A DNA stretch of 64,000 nt from Eledone cirrhosa (taxonomy: Eukaryota). The notes beneath the pieces are model-generated. The model ran no database searches and was not told where the DNA came from. It saw nothing but the letters and a program-made list of their open reading frames with translations. The stretch is taken from assembly GCA_964016885.1 (NCBI GenBank), contig OZ024741.1, positions 92,442,001 to 92,506,000 of the forward strand. The letters are read 5' to 3'. A program made the position numbers and the translations under genes. This document shows positions 25,360 to 41,130 of this stretch, piece by piece (position 1 is the stretch's first letter; the number at the start of each line of letters is the position of its first letter).

Positions 25360-27201
25360 ATGGATGACAGGACAGAACCAATAATTCCAGCGACCCCATC
25401 CTTTAATTTAAAGGACCACAAAGTCAATTTCCATGCAAACCCCCAGATTAGACTAATATGCCCATCGAAATCGGATATAGATAGAGTAAGTAAATATATA
25501 TTAGATAGAGTAATCCCCCAGCTAAAACGGATAACTGGCATAAAACTCTGGGCAAATACTGAGGAGGCGGTATGTTGGTTTAATAATATCAAGGATAGGG
25601 ATGAATCAAGATTTATCCAATTCGACATAAATGACTACTACTCCTCTATATCACCCGATACCCTACATAAAACCCTACTGTTTGCCGGAGAGAATTCTGA
25701 CCTAACCGACGCGGAAATAGGCATCATCCTTGAGGCCAGAAAAACCATAATTAAGTTCGATGATAGCTATTGGGTGCGCAAAGATAGACCATCTTTCTTT
25801 GATATCACGATGGGCTCAAACGATTCTGCCGAAGTTACAGACGTAGTGGGCATCTTCATCGCTCAAGCACTAGAGAAAAAATTCCGCAATCTACAAGGTG
25901 GTATCTACCGCGACGATGCGCTCCTTTTAGCTAAACACCTAAGCAACCAGAAAATAGAAAGATTACGTAAGCAAATTAGCGGATTTTTAAACAGTCTAGG
26001 TTTTAGCATTACTTTTGAATACAACCTGACTGAAACAAATTTCTTTGATGTAACATTTAATTTAGAGACGGGGTAAATCCGCCCATTCCATAAATCTAAT
26101 GAAAATATTATGTATGTTGACCATAAATCTAATCATCCACCCTCGGTTATACGGTCTATCCCTCGGGCCATCTCCCTTAGAATATCACGCCTGTCATCTA
26201 CCCCCCAGATCTTTAGTGAGCACGCTTACTACTATAACAACGCACTTAAGGCGGCTGGGTACCAAGACAAAATAGAGTACATAGATCCAGCACACCAATA
26301 TAGAAATAAGGGCTCACGACGCACTAGCATAAATAATAATATAGGTACGATACACAACATACACTTTCCGCATAGGCATAGTCGAATTAGAAGCACACAA
26401 CCCAACCAAGCTAGAAAGCGGAATCGTAACTACCTTTGGTACAACCCAATATACAATGCCTCAACATCTCCTAAAATTTCCTCACTTTTCTTCAATTTAA
26501 TCAAAACACATTTTCCTCCTACACATCGATACGCTAAGATACTAAATCTAAGGTCTATTAAGCTTTCATATTCTACAGCACCCAATCTCGATCTAATTAT
26601 TAAAAAACTTAACTCCAAACGATTAGTCAGCACATCCACACGAAGCACCCCAAACTACATTAACACTTCCTCAAACTCTCAACCACTGAATGTAAACCCT
26701 CCTGCAGCAGACACACATATAAACCTAACGCAATCTGTACAAAATAATAATACTACAGGAGCTGATAAGTGCAACTGCAACCTACCTGATCGTTGCCCTC
26801 TGAATAACAAATGCATGGAATCCAATTTGGTGTATCAATGCACCGTTGAATCGGATAACCGAAGATGGCACTATATCGGCTGTACTTCTACCACTTTTAA
26901 ATCTCGTTGGTACCAACACCGTAGTTCGATAAAGAACATCAAATACCGTTCCGTAACTACCTTAGCCAATACAATTTGGCAGTTGCGCGAAAGTAACCTG
27001 CAATACACTTTGAAATGGACAAAACTTTCTAGTGCTTCCGCATATCGTGCAGGCCAGCCTTACTGCCGATTATGCAATATGGAGCTATTTTACATACTAA
27101 AATCCAAATATACTCTTCTCAACAACAGAACGGAAAGGACTCTATACTGCAATCACAGACTCAAGGCTACCTTCTCTAAATACAAACCTGGCTTGATTTG
27201 A
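25360..27201 (+). pseudogene. PLE reverse transcriptase + GIY-YIG endonuclease ORF with one in-frame stop (TAA 26074-26076)
   Basis: FIQFDINDYYSSI, TMGSNDSAEV, IYRDDAL, SNHPP, CNC..CPL..C, LVY..HYIG, CRLC. The two ORFs are in the same frame. Confidence 0.9.
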
Positions 27202-27569
27202 TCCTGCGACTTCTGCCTTCCTCTATCTTCCTTCTACCTCCTCTATTTATCCCCATGGATTATTGCTATACCTTCTATTAACCACATCTCCCCTATTCAA
27301 CATCTCCTCCTACATACTTTACAAGTCACTCGACATAATCTCCCTTGCCTCCATCTATCATAGATCGTAAACCTATCAACGTCTACCATCTCTCTAGCAC
27401 ACACACATAGTTGGACTAGTCCATATCTAGACTTCATTATCATATTTTATCCTCCTCTCTGTTTTACCTCAACAACTATGAAAAACCCCCTATCTCTCTC
27501 GTCTTTGTCACATCCTCCTTCTTCTCTACTTCAACTTCACATGAATTTCTATAAAAACCTGAACATTCT

Positions 27570-27705
27570 GGTGCGGTAAACATAACCTCTGATGATATGG
27601 GATCGATTGTGCATTGGATATCGAATGCTCTACTAAATATATAATATTATAGATGTAGCGAGATCTAGGCAAATTGATATCTATTGAAACGTACGTAAGA
27701 ACCGA
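27570..27705 (+). ncRNA. Hammerhead-like motif with a 90-nt stem II in the PLE pseudo-LTR (mirror copy on minus strand at about 25030-25165)
   Basis: CTGATGA at 27589-27595, an ~15-bp stem II base, GAAA at 27686-27689, palindromic CGTACG stem III and a GTA triplet at 27695-27697. Stem I is weak. Confidence 0.55.
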
Positions 27706-28484
27706 ATAAATCTCTTTTACTGCATCTTTCTGTTCTTTTTAATTCTTTATACACGCCCCGGAATATAGCTAAACTGGAATATACACCTTTTTTCTGCATT
27801 TCGTTGAGCACCACTCTGTTGTAAGCTGACATTCCACTACACGGTACATAACACTGTGTCCTGGAAAACATTAATGCACTCGTGCATAACCAATTATATA
27901 TATATATATATATATATAATATAGCTCTTTCTTCACCTCCCTCTTTATATATGATGAAGTCTATGTATCGGTTGTTTTAATTTTGCCTCTCGAGTTTCTC
28001 TCTTATTTCTCTCTTATTTCTCTCTTATTTCTCTCCTATTTCTCTCACCTCCCCATATATAATTATTATTATTTGGTCTACCTCTTTTTTTCTTCCCCCC
28101 ACCTCTATCTTTCTCTCTCTCTGTTTTCTCTTCATTTTTTATTTCTCTCCGTCTCCTTCCCAACTGTCCTTAACACTATAACTAAATAATTACAGTACTC
28201 CCTCCCTCCTAAATCTCTCAATTTGTATGATGAATTATTATTATTCATCTGTTGCCTCAGCTGCATCTCTTTTTTCACCTCCTCACTATTTCTCTCTCCC
28301 CTATCTCTCTTTATTTCTCTCTGTTTTTCTTGACATACATTTCTTTTTTTTTCTCCGTCTTTCTTTTTAACTGTGCTTAACACTAAATATTTATAAACAT
28401 CTCACTACCAAACCAGCTTTTTACATAACGGTTGCTCAATATTTATGGTACGTCAAAATTATTTATAAAACTGTTTATATATTG

Positions 28485-28550
28485 TATTTTATCTGAAGAA
28501 GGCATGCCATATTTTTAATATGGTATCCCCGAAATATGTATAATGAAATA
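28485..28550 (+). ncRNA. Minimal type I hammerhead in a PLE 3' remnant (about 27910-28590)
   Basis: tattttat-CTGAAGA(28493)-atgccatat/atatggtat-GAAA(28531)-tatgt-ATA-atgaaata. The downstream tail resembles 18295-18344. Confidence 0.65.
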
Positions 28551-28590
28551 AATATGGTTTTATAAATATAGTTTCCATTTGTTTAATATC

Positions 28591-28680
<90 letters not shown>

Positions 28681-29168
28681 GTGTGTTTGCGTAGAAGTGG
28701 GCGACATAGCATTAAATTCAGTGTAAGAACACTGAACAAATGGGTTGTCAATAAGTAATGATTTTCTTTATTATATGGATTTATAGAAATTAGTTTCTCG
28801 GTAAATATAGTTTACACAATACATACACAGATTAGCACTGACCAGTCAAGCAGGCACTAAATGTAGATAAGCCTTTATATCGGTTGAACTGTTTCACTAT
28901 GGGAGGACTGTATGCGTAATAGCTACTATAACGTAGGATATCTAATCAATACTCCAATTCTAATTTAGCTTATTGAGTTTTACAGTAACTTAGTAACTAC
29001 GTTGGTCAAAATATTAAACTCTCTCGTTTCACCGCTTATGAATCATTTTTCAAATATATTTTACTCTACCAAGGATTTTCTTTTTCGTTCTTTTTTTTTT
29101 ACTAAATATGTGTGCGTTTGCGTATATGTCTATGTATGTATAGAATAGATACATATATAGAGGGAGAG

Positions 29169-30800
<1,632 letters not shown>

Positions 30801-32149
30801 GAGAGAGAGAGAGAGAGAGAGAGAGTGTGTGTGTGTGCTCCAATGTGTTGTGTCAGTGTGTATTCTGATTGAGCTTTATAGTTTCAGCAATTTGTATCTT
30901 AGATACAATTTGGTCATCATAGCCATAACACTCGGTTATTTTCATACTTAGAATATGTTGTCATTTATAAAGTGCACGGCCGTTAGGTGGGAGTCGATTC
31001 CCGGTCTGTTGTGCCCTTAAACAAGACACTTCATTTCACATCACTCCAGTTCTCTCGGCTTAAAAGAAATGAAAACAAGAAGGCCGCTCCGTTGATGAAA
31101 CAACTGAAACAATCGTCAACGCGCATGCCCTAGGGGTAAATGGTTGGAGAGTAGGATGGTAATGTAATATGTTGCTTCCCTGACAGGTCCTACAAGTAAT
31201 GATACAAAGTTGTTTGTGTTAATCTCATAGAAATTTCTAGTCAGTTGACAGTTATCTTTCATCGCTGTATTACAACAATTGTATTAACTCAATCCCATTA
31301 CTGCACTAGGGCTTGATGAACACAACCACAAGGATATGGTCCGAACGTGGAAGAGCCGAACTGCCACTGTCATTGCCTCCCTCTCTCTCGCCCTCCCCAT
31401 CTCTCTGTATGGTGAGCAAATGGGGTCCCACGTGCTGTCCTCCCCACATTCCCGGCGGACAGAATGGAGAAGGCGTTTTCCCGGAGGATGGTAAAGGAGA
31501 TACGCTGGAAGAGCCATTCCAACTCGCGAGGCTCACACCTGCGGCTGGCCAGTAGAGCGGTAACCCTAAGGCCAAGGACACCAGAAGTCTCCACTGCCAA
31601 GGGCACGACCAGGCGTGTTTTACGTTGCTTTTCATTATATAACTGGGTTCCGTGTCATTAGAACACGCAAGAAGCCTCCCGTGAGATATAACCTCATAGG
31701 AAGTCAGCTAAAGCTACATGGTGTAAGCTGTAAATTTCATTTTTTTTTTCTATTGTTTTGTTTTTTCTGTTTTATTTTTCCATGGCTGGAACTTACTGAA
31801 ACGTGTCATTAAGTACAAGAAAGCAGTTGTACAAATTTCTCTGTGGGGAGAGAATTGTTATATATTCTACATAGTCGTGTAAATGGCTGGAAGTAAAGGA
31901 CGGATATTCTTTCATGTGCATGCATGGTTTTTGGCAAGCTCTGTTGATGCGTCAGTTGCTGTCAAGCAGCCCGCATGTGAGATGTACTATTTACGCGTTG
32001 TATTTTCATTTCGCCATATACTGACAAGTAGTATCCTGAGTACCGGAATACCACGAGAACAGGAGATGAAAGACGTGTGAATACGACACGGAAACCAAAG
32101 CTCAGTCATCACAGTGGAAATATCCAACGTCGCCAAAACGTAGGTTAGG

Positions 32150-32660
32150 TACGAGCAAAATGAATGTGGCACTCACTGCTTTCTTCAACTAACGAAACGT
32201 CGTATATCGCGAATGCGCACCAGAAGGCGTACAGTTTCAAAAATATTCTATCAGGAAGTCCTCCGACATCTTCGGTGTAGTTCGGCGTAGGAGACCGGAT
32301 CTGTGGGTCTCGTAAAACTGGTAGCTGCATCATGACACGCCCCAGCTCATTCATTGCAACTGATCCAAGGTTTCATGGCAAAGGAAGGTATTTCGCTCAT
32401 TCACCAGCCGCCGCCACCCAGAATGGTCCATTCTGACTTCTGGTTGTTCCTAAAAATGATGCCACTGAAAGGCTTTCACTTTCAAAACCGAGGAGACAAT
32501 TCATTCCCGAAGAAACATTCTAGATGTGCATTGAACGGTGGAATGACCACTGGGCTAAGTTTTATGAGACACAATGGACCTTCTCCGAAGAATATTAGCA
32601 CAAAATACTGTTATTTTTTCTACCAGCTTAACGTCCATTACTTTTTCGACGGACTCGTAT
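32150..32660 (+). mobile_element. Mariner transposase relic (catalytic C-terminus) with right TIR
   Basis: VRRRRPDLW..LHHD..HQPP..SDFWLFLKM. Ends in CTTTTTCGACGGACTCGTA-TA. Confidence 0.75.
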
Positions 32661-32675
32661 ACACACATATATATG

Positions 32676-32712
<37 letters not shown>

Positions 32713-34196
32713 ACATATCAACGACCGGCTTCCACCCAGTTACCGTCAATCAAATTTCCCTCACAAGGTATTGATCAACCTGAGGCTATAGAAGTAATTG
32801 CTTCGGGTGCCACTCAGTGGGACTGAACCCGAAACCACGTTGTTTCGAAGCGAATTCCTTAACCACACAGCCATACCTGCGCCTTTTATAAACTATTATA
32901 TACATCGAGGATTGGCAGTATCGGTAGAGGGTCGGACGCCATGTTTGCAGCATAGAGTTACGGCCCTTTATGGTCTGAGTTCTAATCCCGCCGAGGTTAA
33001 CTTTGCCTTTCATCCTTACGGGGTCGATAAAATAAAGTAAAGTACCAGTAATGCACTGGGATAATTTCTGGCCTTGTGCCAAACGTAGAAACAATTATAT
33101 ATATACCAGAATAACAGTACAGCTTGGATGAAATTTACGTTTACCGACATTGTAAATAATTATTTCAATAATTACATAGAAGTTATAGTCTTGCTGCCCT
33201 GCTTTTTCTTCGTAGTGGAGTTGAATTACAAATTTTAGTTGAATTTCATCTCATCTTTCCATTTATGAGAAATGGATTGGAAAAGAAAACAGGTGCAGGC
33301 TGGAGCTGTGTGCTTAAAGAATTGGCTTCACAACCTCGTAATTTAGATTTCACTCCCGTCTCTACTATAGCCTCGGATTGAGCAATGCCTTGAGAGTGAA
33401 ATTTGATATAGACGGAAACTGCAAAGGCTTCTGATATATATATACGATCAGCGACTTTTAGACACACCAGACTAAAGAAACAATTGTTAATACTGTAAAT
33501 AAACCCTATTGTACAGCCGACCATGTTATACTTCATTCTTTTACTATATAGATATAGATGTGTGTGTGTGTGTGTGTGTGCGTGTGTGTGTGTGTGTGTG
33601 TGCACGTGTGTGTGTGCACGTATGTTTGTGCGCGCGTGTGTATACGCGTGTGTGTCAGTTTATGTAAACTAGCGCTTCGACAAAAAGAGATTGATAAAAT
33701 AAATACCCAACTTGAGAAACAAGTACTGGAGTGATATGGTCGACTTAATCTCTTTAGGCTGCACTTTATGAGTTTATGACTGGAAGCAGTAAGAAAAATA
33801 ATAATTTTTCTTGTGTTAACTTTAGATGCAGTAATTTCAGATTTATTTTATATTGCATTGAGGTCAAGCTTCGTATGAATTCAATTGAACTCGGCAGGAT
33901 TTTAACTCAGAGAGGAGTGTAGTTTCAAATCTCACTGCCGACGTGCAAGAGGTTTTACATTTTTTCTTTTTTTTTAACTAGTTTGACTCATAAGACTTCA
34001 GTACTTTTTCATCGACTTTTATTTTTATTTCACAAACTGCTAAGTTACAGAGCATAAAGAACCAACAATGGCAAACGTGTAATTACACACACATAGCATA
34101 CACACACACATACATACATACATACATACATACATACATACATACATACATACATACATACATACATACATACATACATACATACATACATACATA

Positions 34197-37100
34197 ATAC
34201 AATGGCGACCGTTGTGGTCAGTGTCCGATAATCGGACGTGTGTAATTACGGCTTACATGAAGGCAACATACCATATATTGGAAAACGTTGAGCTACATTA
34301 CGCGGTAAAATTACATACAATAATTCTACAAGTGTTTGAACTGTAAGTGTGTTGTAAAACACCTATTTATATGAACGATACATACACTTATGATATATGA
34401 ACGATACATACACTTTAACATATAAATGCAACGTTGTTATATTACATTTATAAAGAAATATGCAAGTAACTTTTTCGATTCAGAAACAAAAACATAAGTG
34501 TTTGAACTGTGAATATGTTGTGAATAAGTTGTAGAACACCTATTTATATGAATGATACATAAACTTTAACATATAAATACAGCGTTGTTATATTATATTA
34601 CATTCATAAAGGAATATACTAAGTAACGATTCTTTTTGTTCTCGATTCACGTTTCAAGAACAACGTTTAAAATACAGTTGTAGAATTAAAAACTAACTGA
34701 AAAGAAATATTACCCAAGCTGTGAATAACATTAAATTTGATTCTGACAGAACTTTGTCGAAACTTTTAAAGAAGATCATCGACTATTTTGAAAAATAAAT
34801 ACCAAATATTAGTGAATAGACGAACTCATCATGGCAAAACGTACAAGTCTCCTTCGACCACTTCGCAACTACAACCGTTGTATACAGTGGAGCTACGAGC
34901 TTAACAAAGAATTATATGAAGCATACAAACAATCTGAACCCCAAAAGTTCGGTTTTATGCAAAGGCTAAAAACTTTATGGAACTCCAAACACCCAGAATT
35001 AGACTTTTCTCCAAAGCATTTAAATGAACAGGCAAAACGTATCATTGATACATCTAACGGAATTGAGTGATACTACAAATACAGCCCTTGTAGACAACCA
35101 CCCCACCTCCACTGACAGACAAAGAGAATGGCAAGCTAAATCTAACAGTGAACAGCTCACCAACAATTTTGCTGAAATCCATCCCACTTCCACTGAAGAA
35201 CAGCGAGAATGGTCAGCTAACTCTAGTAGTAATTGTCACCACATCAACAACGAGGCTGAAATTCATGACTCTACTGTACAAACAGAACACCAAAAACTTG
35301 TGGACATCTTACAAGTGATATAGAACGATATGTTTCAAGAGATACACAGCCTTAATGTGAGTGACAGACCATACAACACCAGAATCAGTAAAGAACCCAC
35401 TAAATTGGAATTGGAAGCGGTGAACGAAATAGCTGGCAATTATATGAAGGCTATACGATCTAAAGGTGTAGAAACGACATTTGAAACGCTTAATATTTTA
35501 TTATATGTTTCAGCTGTCACATTGCTATCATATAACACACATCTAAAACCAAGCAATCAAGATACAAACAAAAATCCTGAACCAGCGTGGATGCGAAATT
35601 TAAAAAGCAAAATTTTGTCCCTGAGACGAAGTATCTCAGACATCGCAGTCGTTATGAAATGCAACATAGAGAGCTACTTCACACGACACCAGGAAGACCT
35701 ACAAAAAAAAGTTAGAGAGACGATTTGGAGATACATAATTTAAAACTATGAACTCCAAATTACACCAGTTGAAACAACAACTCACAGCTACAACAGAAAG
35801 ACTAAAATATAAGTCAACAGCACATAAACGACAAGTGCTAAATAGATTGTTTGCCAGAGATCCTAAATCAGTTTATCGCAGCTTCGGTGGCAAAAGCTCA
35901 ATCCCTGTAAATGACACCCCTTCAAAAGAACAGGTTGAGAGCTACTGGAGATCTGTATGGGAAACGGATGACGGATTCAACAGACAAACTAATTGGCTAA
36001 AAGAACTGGAACAGGACTACTGCCAACATATCCAGACAAAACTATATGACATAGATGGGTCAATACTGGAAACAGCTCTACAGAAAATGTCGAATAGGAA
36101 ATCACCAGGCCCAGACCTCATTACAGGATACTGGTTGAAGAATTTCACTTTCTATCGGCAAGATCTCATACAGCTGTTTACTGAAACCATTAAAGGCACA
36201 CAAGAACTGCCCAGATGGTTATCAACTGCCACTACTCTCCTCATTCCCAAAAATAGCCAAACCACCCTTGCTAAAAATTACCGCCCAATAGCCTGCAAAA
36301 ACATCATGTATAAATTATATACTGGGTGCCTTAACCTGTTCTTACAGGATCACTGTGCTACCAACAACATCATAACACATGAGCAAGCTGGTGGAAAGAG
36401 GGAGGTGTAGGGATGCATAGATCACCTACTAACTAATAAAATGATTCAAGAAAAAACAACAAAGAATCGCAGAAACATGACTGTGGTGTGGCTGGACTAT
36501 CAAAAAGCATTTGATAGTGTACCTCATGGGTGGATTGTTAAGGCTTTACAGTTAGCCAAAGTCCCACAACCACTGGTAGCTGCTGTTGAACGTCTGACCA
36601 AGAACTGGTACACCAATTTGATCCTTAGAGGTGAGAAGGAGCAAGTTAAGACTGATAGGATACATTACTAGAATGGCATCTTTCAGGGTGATAGCTTGTC
36701 AGTGCTACTCTTCGTTCTCTCACTAAATCCACTATATTACCTACTCAGGAAACAAAGTGGACAAAGAAGTGGGTCCAGAAGTATCTCCCATCTTTCTTTG
36801 TTGATGACCTGAAGTTGTATGGGCCAAATATCAATGACATCAAGAAACAATTGGACCTCATTACATAATTTTCAACAGACATCAAAATGAAATTTGGTGA
36901 GTCCAAGTGTGCATATTTGGCAGTAAAACGTGGAAGAGCTGTGTCCTCCTCTAGAAATCTAGAGATGAACGGCCTGACAATACAACCTCTACAGTCAGGT
37001 GACAACTACAGATATCTTGTACAGGATGAGAATGTCAGATATGATGGACCCATAAATAAGAAGATAACCAGAACTGAATACCTCAGAAGAGTAAAGAAAA

Positions 37101-38412
37101 TACGGTTATCAGAACTGTCAGCGTACAACAAATACATTACCCACAATACTTATGCTGTGCCAATTCTAACGTCAACATTTGGCCAGCTGAACTGGTCATT
37201 GCAAAAACTAAGTGAGATGGATGTTAGAACTCGCGAACTTCTCAGTGTTACTGGGAACTGTAACATCAATGGTGATGTCGATAGGCTATACTTCTCATGC
37301 AAGGAAGTTGGCCGGGGTCTAAAATCCATATTAACATCATATGAGACCCGGATAGTAACACTGAAGCAACACCTTCAACAGAGGAAAAAGGTTGGCAACC
37401 ATCTTGCCCAGGTTTATGAGCATGAAAAAAATATATCATTAGAATAGCCACTGATCTGAAGGAGAGATATGGAATAAAGCCTGATATAAATCTCTCACCC
37501 AGAGAAATCGGAAGATCCTATTCAATGTTCAAACAAGATGAAAAAATTGACCAATTTACAGAAAAAGTTGTGCATGGATACTTGAGACGTAAAACACAGA
37601 CCATAGAGGGGATAAACCACTCAAAAAGCCTGGCATGAGGTTCCGACAAGTTTATGACATCACACCTTGAGGGATATCTCTATGCAATACAGGAACAAGA
37701 ACTCCCTACCAAATATCTGCTGCACAAAAGGGGAGGGCCATCACCTGACAATAAATGTAGGCTATGTAAAACAAAGATCGAGGATGTAAGCCACATTGTT
37801 GCCAGCTGCGAAAGAATGTCATCTCGCTACTACCTCCCCATGAGACACGGTGGGATAGCTAGAACCATCTGGAACGCACTTCGGAAAACAAAATTAACAA
37901 CAAACGAGGAAGAATATATTGAGACAGATGGCACTAAGGAATACTGGTGGAACCTGAAAATAAAAACTGCCACCATATTAAAGCACAACCGGCCTGATAT
38001 TGTTGTTTGGGACCACACATTGGAAACGTGTTCTGTTGTGGAGATCAGCTGCCCACTTGATGTAAACGTTGTCAGAAAAATACAGGAGGAGGAGGAGGAC
38101 ATCTACGGACCATTGATGAGGAGTTTGCAAATCCAGTATCCAAGATACACCTTTAGCTTCATACTCATCATTATTGGAGCTACGGGTTATATACCAACCC
38201 GTTTGGACCAAGGTATGACTGAACTTGGATTTGCGGGAAAAGAGCGCAGCTCCCTAATTCATAGTCTATAAATGGCTGCGATAGCTGGCACCTTCAAAAT
38301 TTGCAAAACATTCTTGCGATTCAAAGGATGACAATTTCTTTTCTTTTACAACCTTGCCACCAGGAAGGTGGCCGGTCAAAAAAATATACTCAAAATTAAG
38401 AGAAAGAGATAA
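34197..38412 (+). mobile_element. R4/Dong-clade non-LTR retrotransposon, family A, near full length but decayed, inserted in (CATA)n
   Basis: N-terminal WSYELNKELY..GFMQRLKTLW. RT motifs KSPGPD, NYRPIAC, WLDYQKAFDSVPH, GIFQGDSLS and FFVDDLKLY. CCHC CRLC..H..C and RLE HNRPDIVVWD..VEISCP. (CATA)n tracts at 34109-34196 and 38413-38486. Confidence 0.92.
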
Positions 38413-38486
38413 CATACATACATACATACATACATACATACATACATACATACATACATACATACATACATACATACATACATACA

Positions 38487-40007
38487 GGGAATACAACACC
38501 CGATTAAGAAACATGGTCATCGGAACTCTCTGCGCAAAACAAAACAGTGGCTCACAATGTGTTTGCTGTGCCTGTCCTAACACCAACGTTTGGAGAATAC
38601 TCAATTGGACGATAGACGAAATCCGAGCAGTTGATGTTGGAACTCGAAAAATACTGAACAACACCGGAAACTTCCACATCGACAGTGACATAGACCGCCT
38701 TTACTTGAAACGTAAGCAGGGAGGCAGAGGCCTAACATCAGTCCAGACAACATTTGAATGTCGCATCATATCTCTCCGACAACATCTACGAACCTCGAAG
38801 CGTAGGAGCCCGTTTCTCGAGCAAGTCTATCTGCATGAAACAGATAAGATCATGAGAGCTGGGAAGGAACTCCTCGAGAGATATTCCCTGTGTGATAATC
38901 AAAAACTCACACCCAGGGATGTCGCTCAGCAGTATCGCAGTGAATCCATGGATGAAAAACTGCATGCTTATCAGCAAAAAATCATGCATGGATATGTTGC
39001 CAGGAAGCTCCAGAGTGAGAGCAATATAGATAAGGAAAGTAGTCTATCTTGGACCAACAACCGCTATATTGGCTCCCACTTTGAAGGATACGCTTTTGCA
39101 ATCCAGGAACAGGAGATTAACACGAAATACCTGATTCACAAAAGAGATAGGGATGCAGGCAAAACACCTAGATGTGATAACAAGTGCAAACTCTGCAGAA
39201 CTAACATCGAGGATATCACCCATGTCATCAGCAGCTGTCCAAAGATGTCATCGCGGTACTATCTACCTATGAGGCATGATGTAGTGGCCAAAACACTGTA
39301 CAATGCAGTTCGTAAAAAAGATAGCCCCGATAATAAAGACATTAAAAGCTACAGCAATGTGGAAGACATCCATGTACATAATATGAAAGAGTACTGGTGG
39401 AATGTTCCAGTAAAAACTCTAATGAAATGCAAGCATAACAGACCAGATATTATGATATGGGACAGGGAGAAGAAAGCATGCACAGTAGTAGAAATTAGCT
39501 GCCCAGCAGATGCCAATATAATATCAAAGATTAGTGAAAAGGAGAATATTTATGCAGAACTGATGAGAAATCTGCAGATACTCCACCCTGATTACATCTT
39601 CAGATTTATGCTTGTGATTATTGGCGCACTGGGATATGTTAGTAACTGCCTCAATACAAATCTTGAGAAGCTGGGCTTCACAGGAACAGAAAGAACACAA
39701 CTAGTTAGGAAATTACAAGTACAATCCATTAATGGAACAGTAAAAATATGTAAAACATTACAAAGATTTTGCATCTAATAACTGCATATACACATGTACA
39801 GATGCAAAGCATATATACATGCACGCATACAACTCAAAACATCCACATCCACACATACAATAACATCCATATCTACACATGCATGCATGCATACATACAT
39901 ATCTACCTAGTTGATGTGTAAATTCCAATGAGAGAGTCTTGTGTCTATGTTAGAAACCGACTCTCTCTCTATTGGTAAAACTTTGTGAAATTATAAAACC
40001 AGAAGAG
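38487..40007 (+). mobile_element. R4/Dong-clade element, family B, 5'-truncated copy 1
   Basis: Open C-terminal ORF (DIDRLYLKRKQGGRGL, CKLC..H..C, HNRPDIMIWD..VEISCP). The 3' end AAAACCAGAAGAG abuts (CATA)n. Confidence 0.92.
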
Positions 40008-40061
40008 CATACATACATACATACATACATACATACATACATACATACATACATACATACA

Positions 40062-40378
40062 TACAAGCACAATCCATTAATGGAACAGTAAAAATATGTA
40101 AAACATTCAAAAAATGTTGCATCTAATAACTGCATATACACATGTACAGATACTAAGCATATACACATGCACACATACAACTCAAAAGATCCACATCCAC
40201 ACATACAATAACATCCATATCTACACATGCATGCATGCAGACATTCATGCATGCAGACATGCATACATATCTACCTAGTTGATGTTTTGTAAATTCCAAT
40301 GAGAGAGTATTGTGTCTATGTTAGAAATCGACTCTCTCTCTAATGGCAAAAATTTGTGAAATTATAAAACCAGAAGAA
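40062..40378 (+). mobile_element. R4/Dong-clade element, family B, severely 5'-truncated copy 2 (ORF end + 3' UTR)
   Basis: Near-identical to 39713-40007 and 45651-46011. (CATA)n on both sides. Confidence 0.9.
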
Positions 40379-40429
40379 CATACATACATACATACATACA
40401 TACATACATACATACATACATACATACAT

Positions 40430-41053
40430 GATGGCTGCCCCCTCGTTATCGAGTATGGCCATTGCACGATATACCATTATTAATAATTATCAATTAATTC
40501 TATCGGGCAATGCCTGTGCGTGAAGATATTTTTTAAAGTGAGGAAAGACTGTGCACTGAGCCAATCCCACTCTCTGAGCGAAAGTAGCTATAACCAGAAA
40601 AGAAGAAAAGAACAACATCATAATAACTACTGATCCGCAGGTTTTATATCGGAGTTATCCCAGTTTCCTGAGTTGCCTTCTCCTAGAAGAATGCCCTACC
40701 AAAGACTAGGAGTCCTTCACTCCCAGTGGTTTAACCGCGCGATCGGGTGTCCAGCCCGACTATTTCTATGTCCCCGCGCATATACATACACATGCACCCA
40801 TGTATATACGCATATATATATACATACACATGTACATGTGTATATACATATTTACACACTTTTGGCTGGCCGTTGACTCTTATCAGTTCTTCCGCCCTTT
40901 ATCAGGTTTTGTTTTTTGTCCTGCAGGGTGTCCCAAATCACCCTCCTCACCAAGTGAACTTGGTGGGGGTGCCTGTTTAGTCGCCGACGACCCGACCATG
41001 CGACAGGTTGTACTGGGTTACATGTTACCAGTACCACTCAAGAGTGACCCGAC
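40430..41053 (-). mobile_element. Short non-autonomous retroelement, probably RTE-derived, copy A in (CATA)n
   Basis: Shares both termini with copies B and C. The minus strand has a CTAGGAGAAGG(C/A)AACTC motif resembling RTE 5' UTRs. No ORF. Confidence 0.7.
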
Positions 41054-41130
41054 ATAACATACATACATACATACATACATACATACATACATACATACAT
41101 ACATACATACATACATACATACATACAAAC

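Larger units (their letters stand above)
24983..27751 (+). mobile_element. Penelope-like element (Nematis-type), 5'-truncated, with inverted ~315-bp pseudo-LTRs
   Basis: 24983-25298 is the reverse complement of 27437-27751. RT plus C-terminal GIY-YIG lie between them, with (TA)n on the left flank. Confidence 0.9.

Noticed and set aside
26074-26076. Recoded stop (selenocysteine) in the PLE ORF
   Set aside because: The codon is TAA, not TGA, so a simple nonsense mutation is more likely.
34197-34270. HDV-like ribozyme at the R4 element 5' ends (also 42397-42450)
   Set aside because: Could not build the nested double pseudoknot by eye.
38354-38520. N-terminus of the 474-aa ORF as a real protein start
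   Set aside because: Chance read-through from the family A 3' UTR across (CATA)n into the truncated family B ORF.
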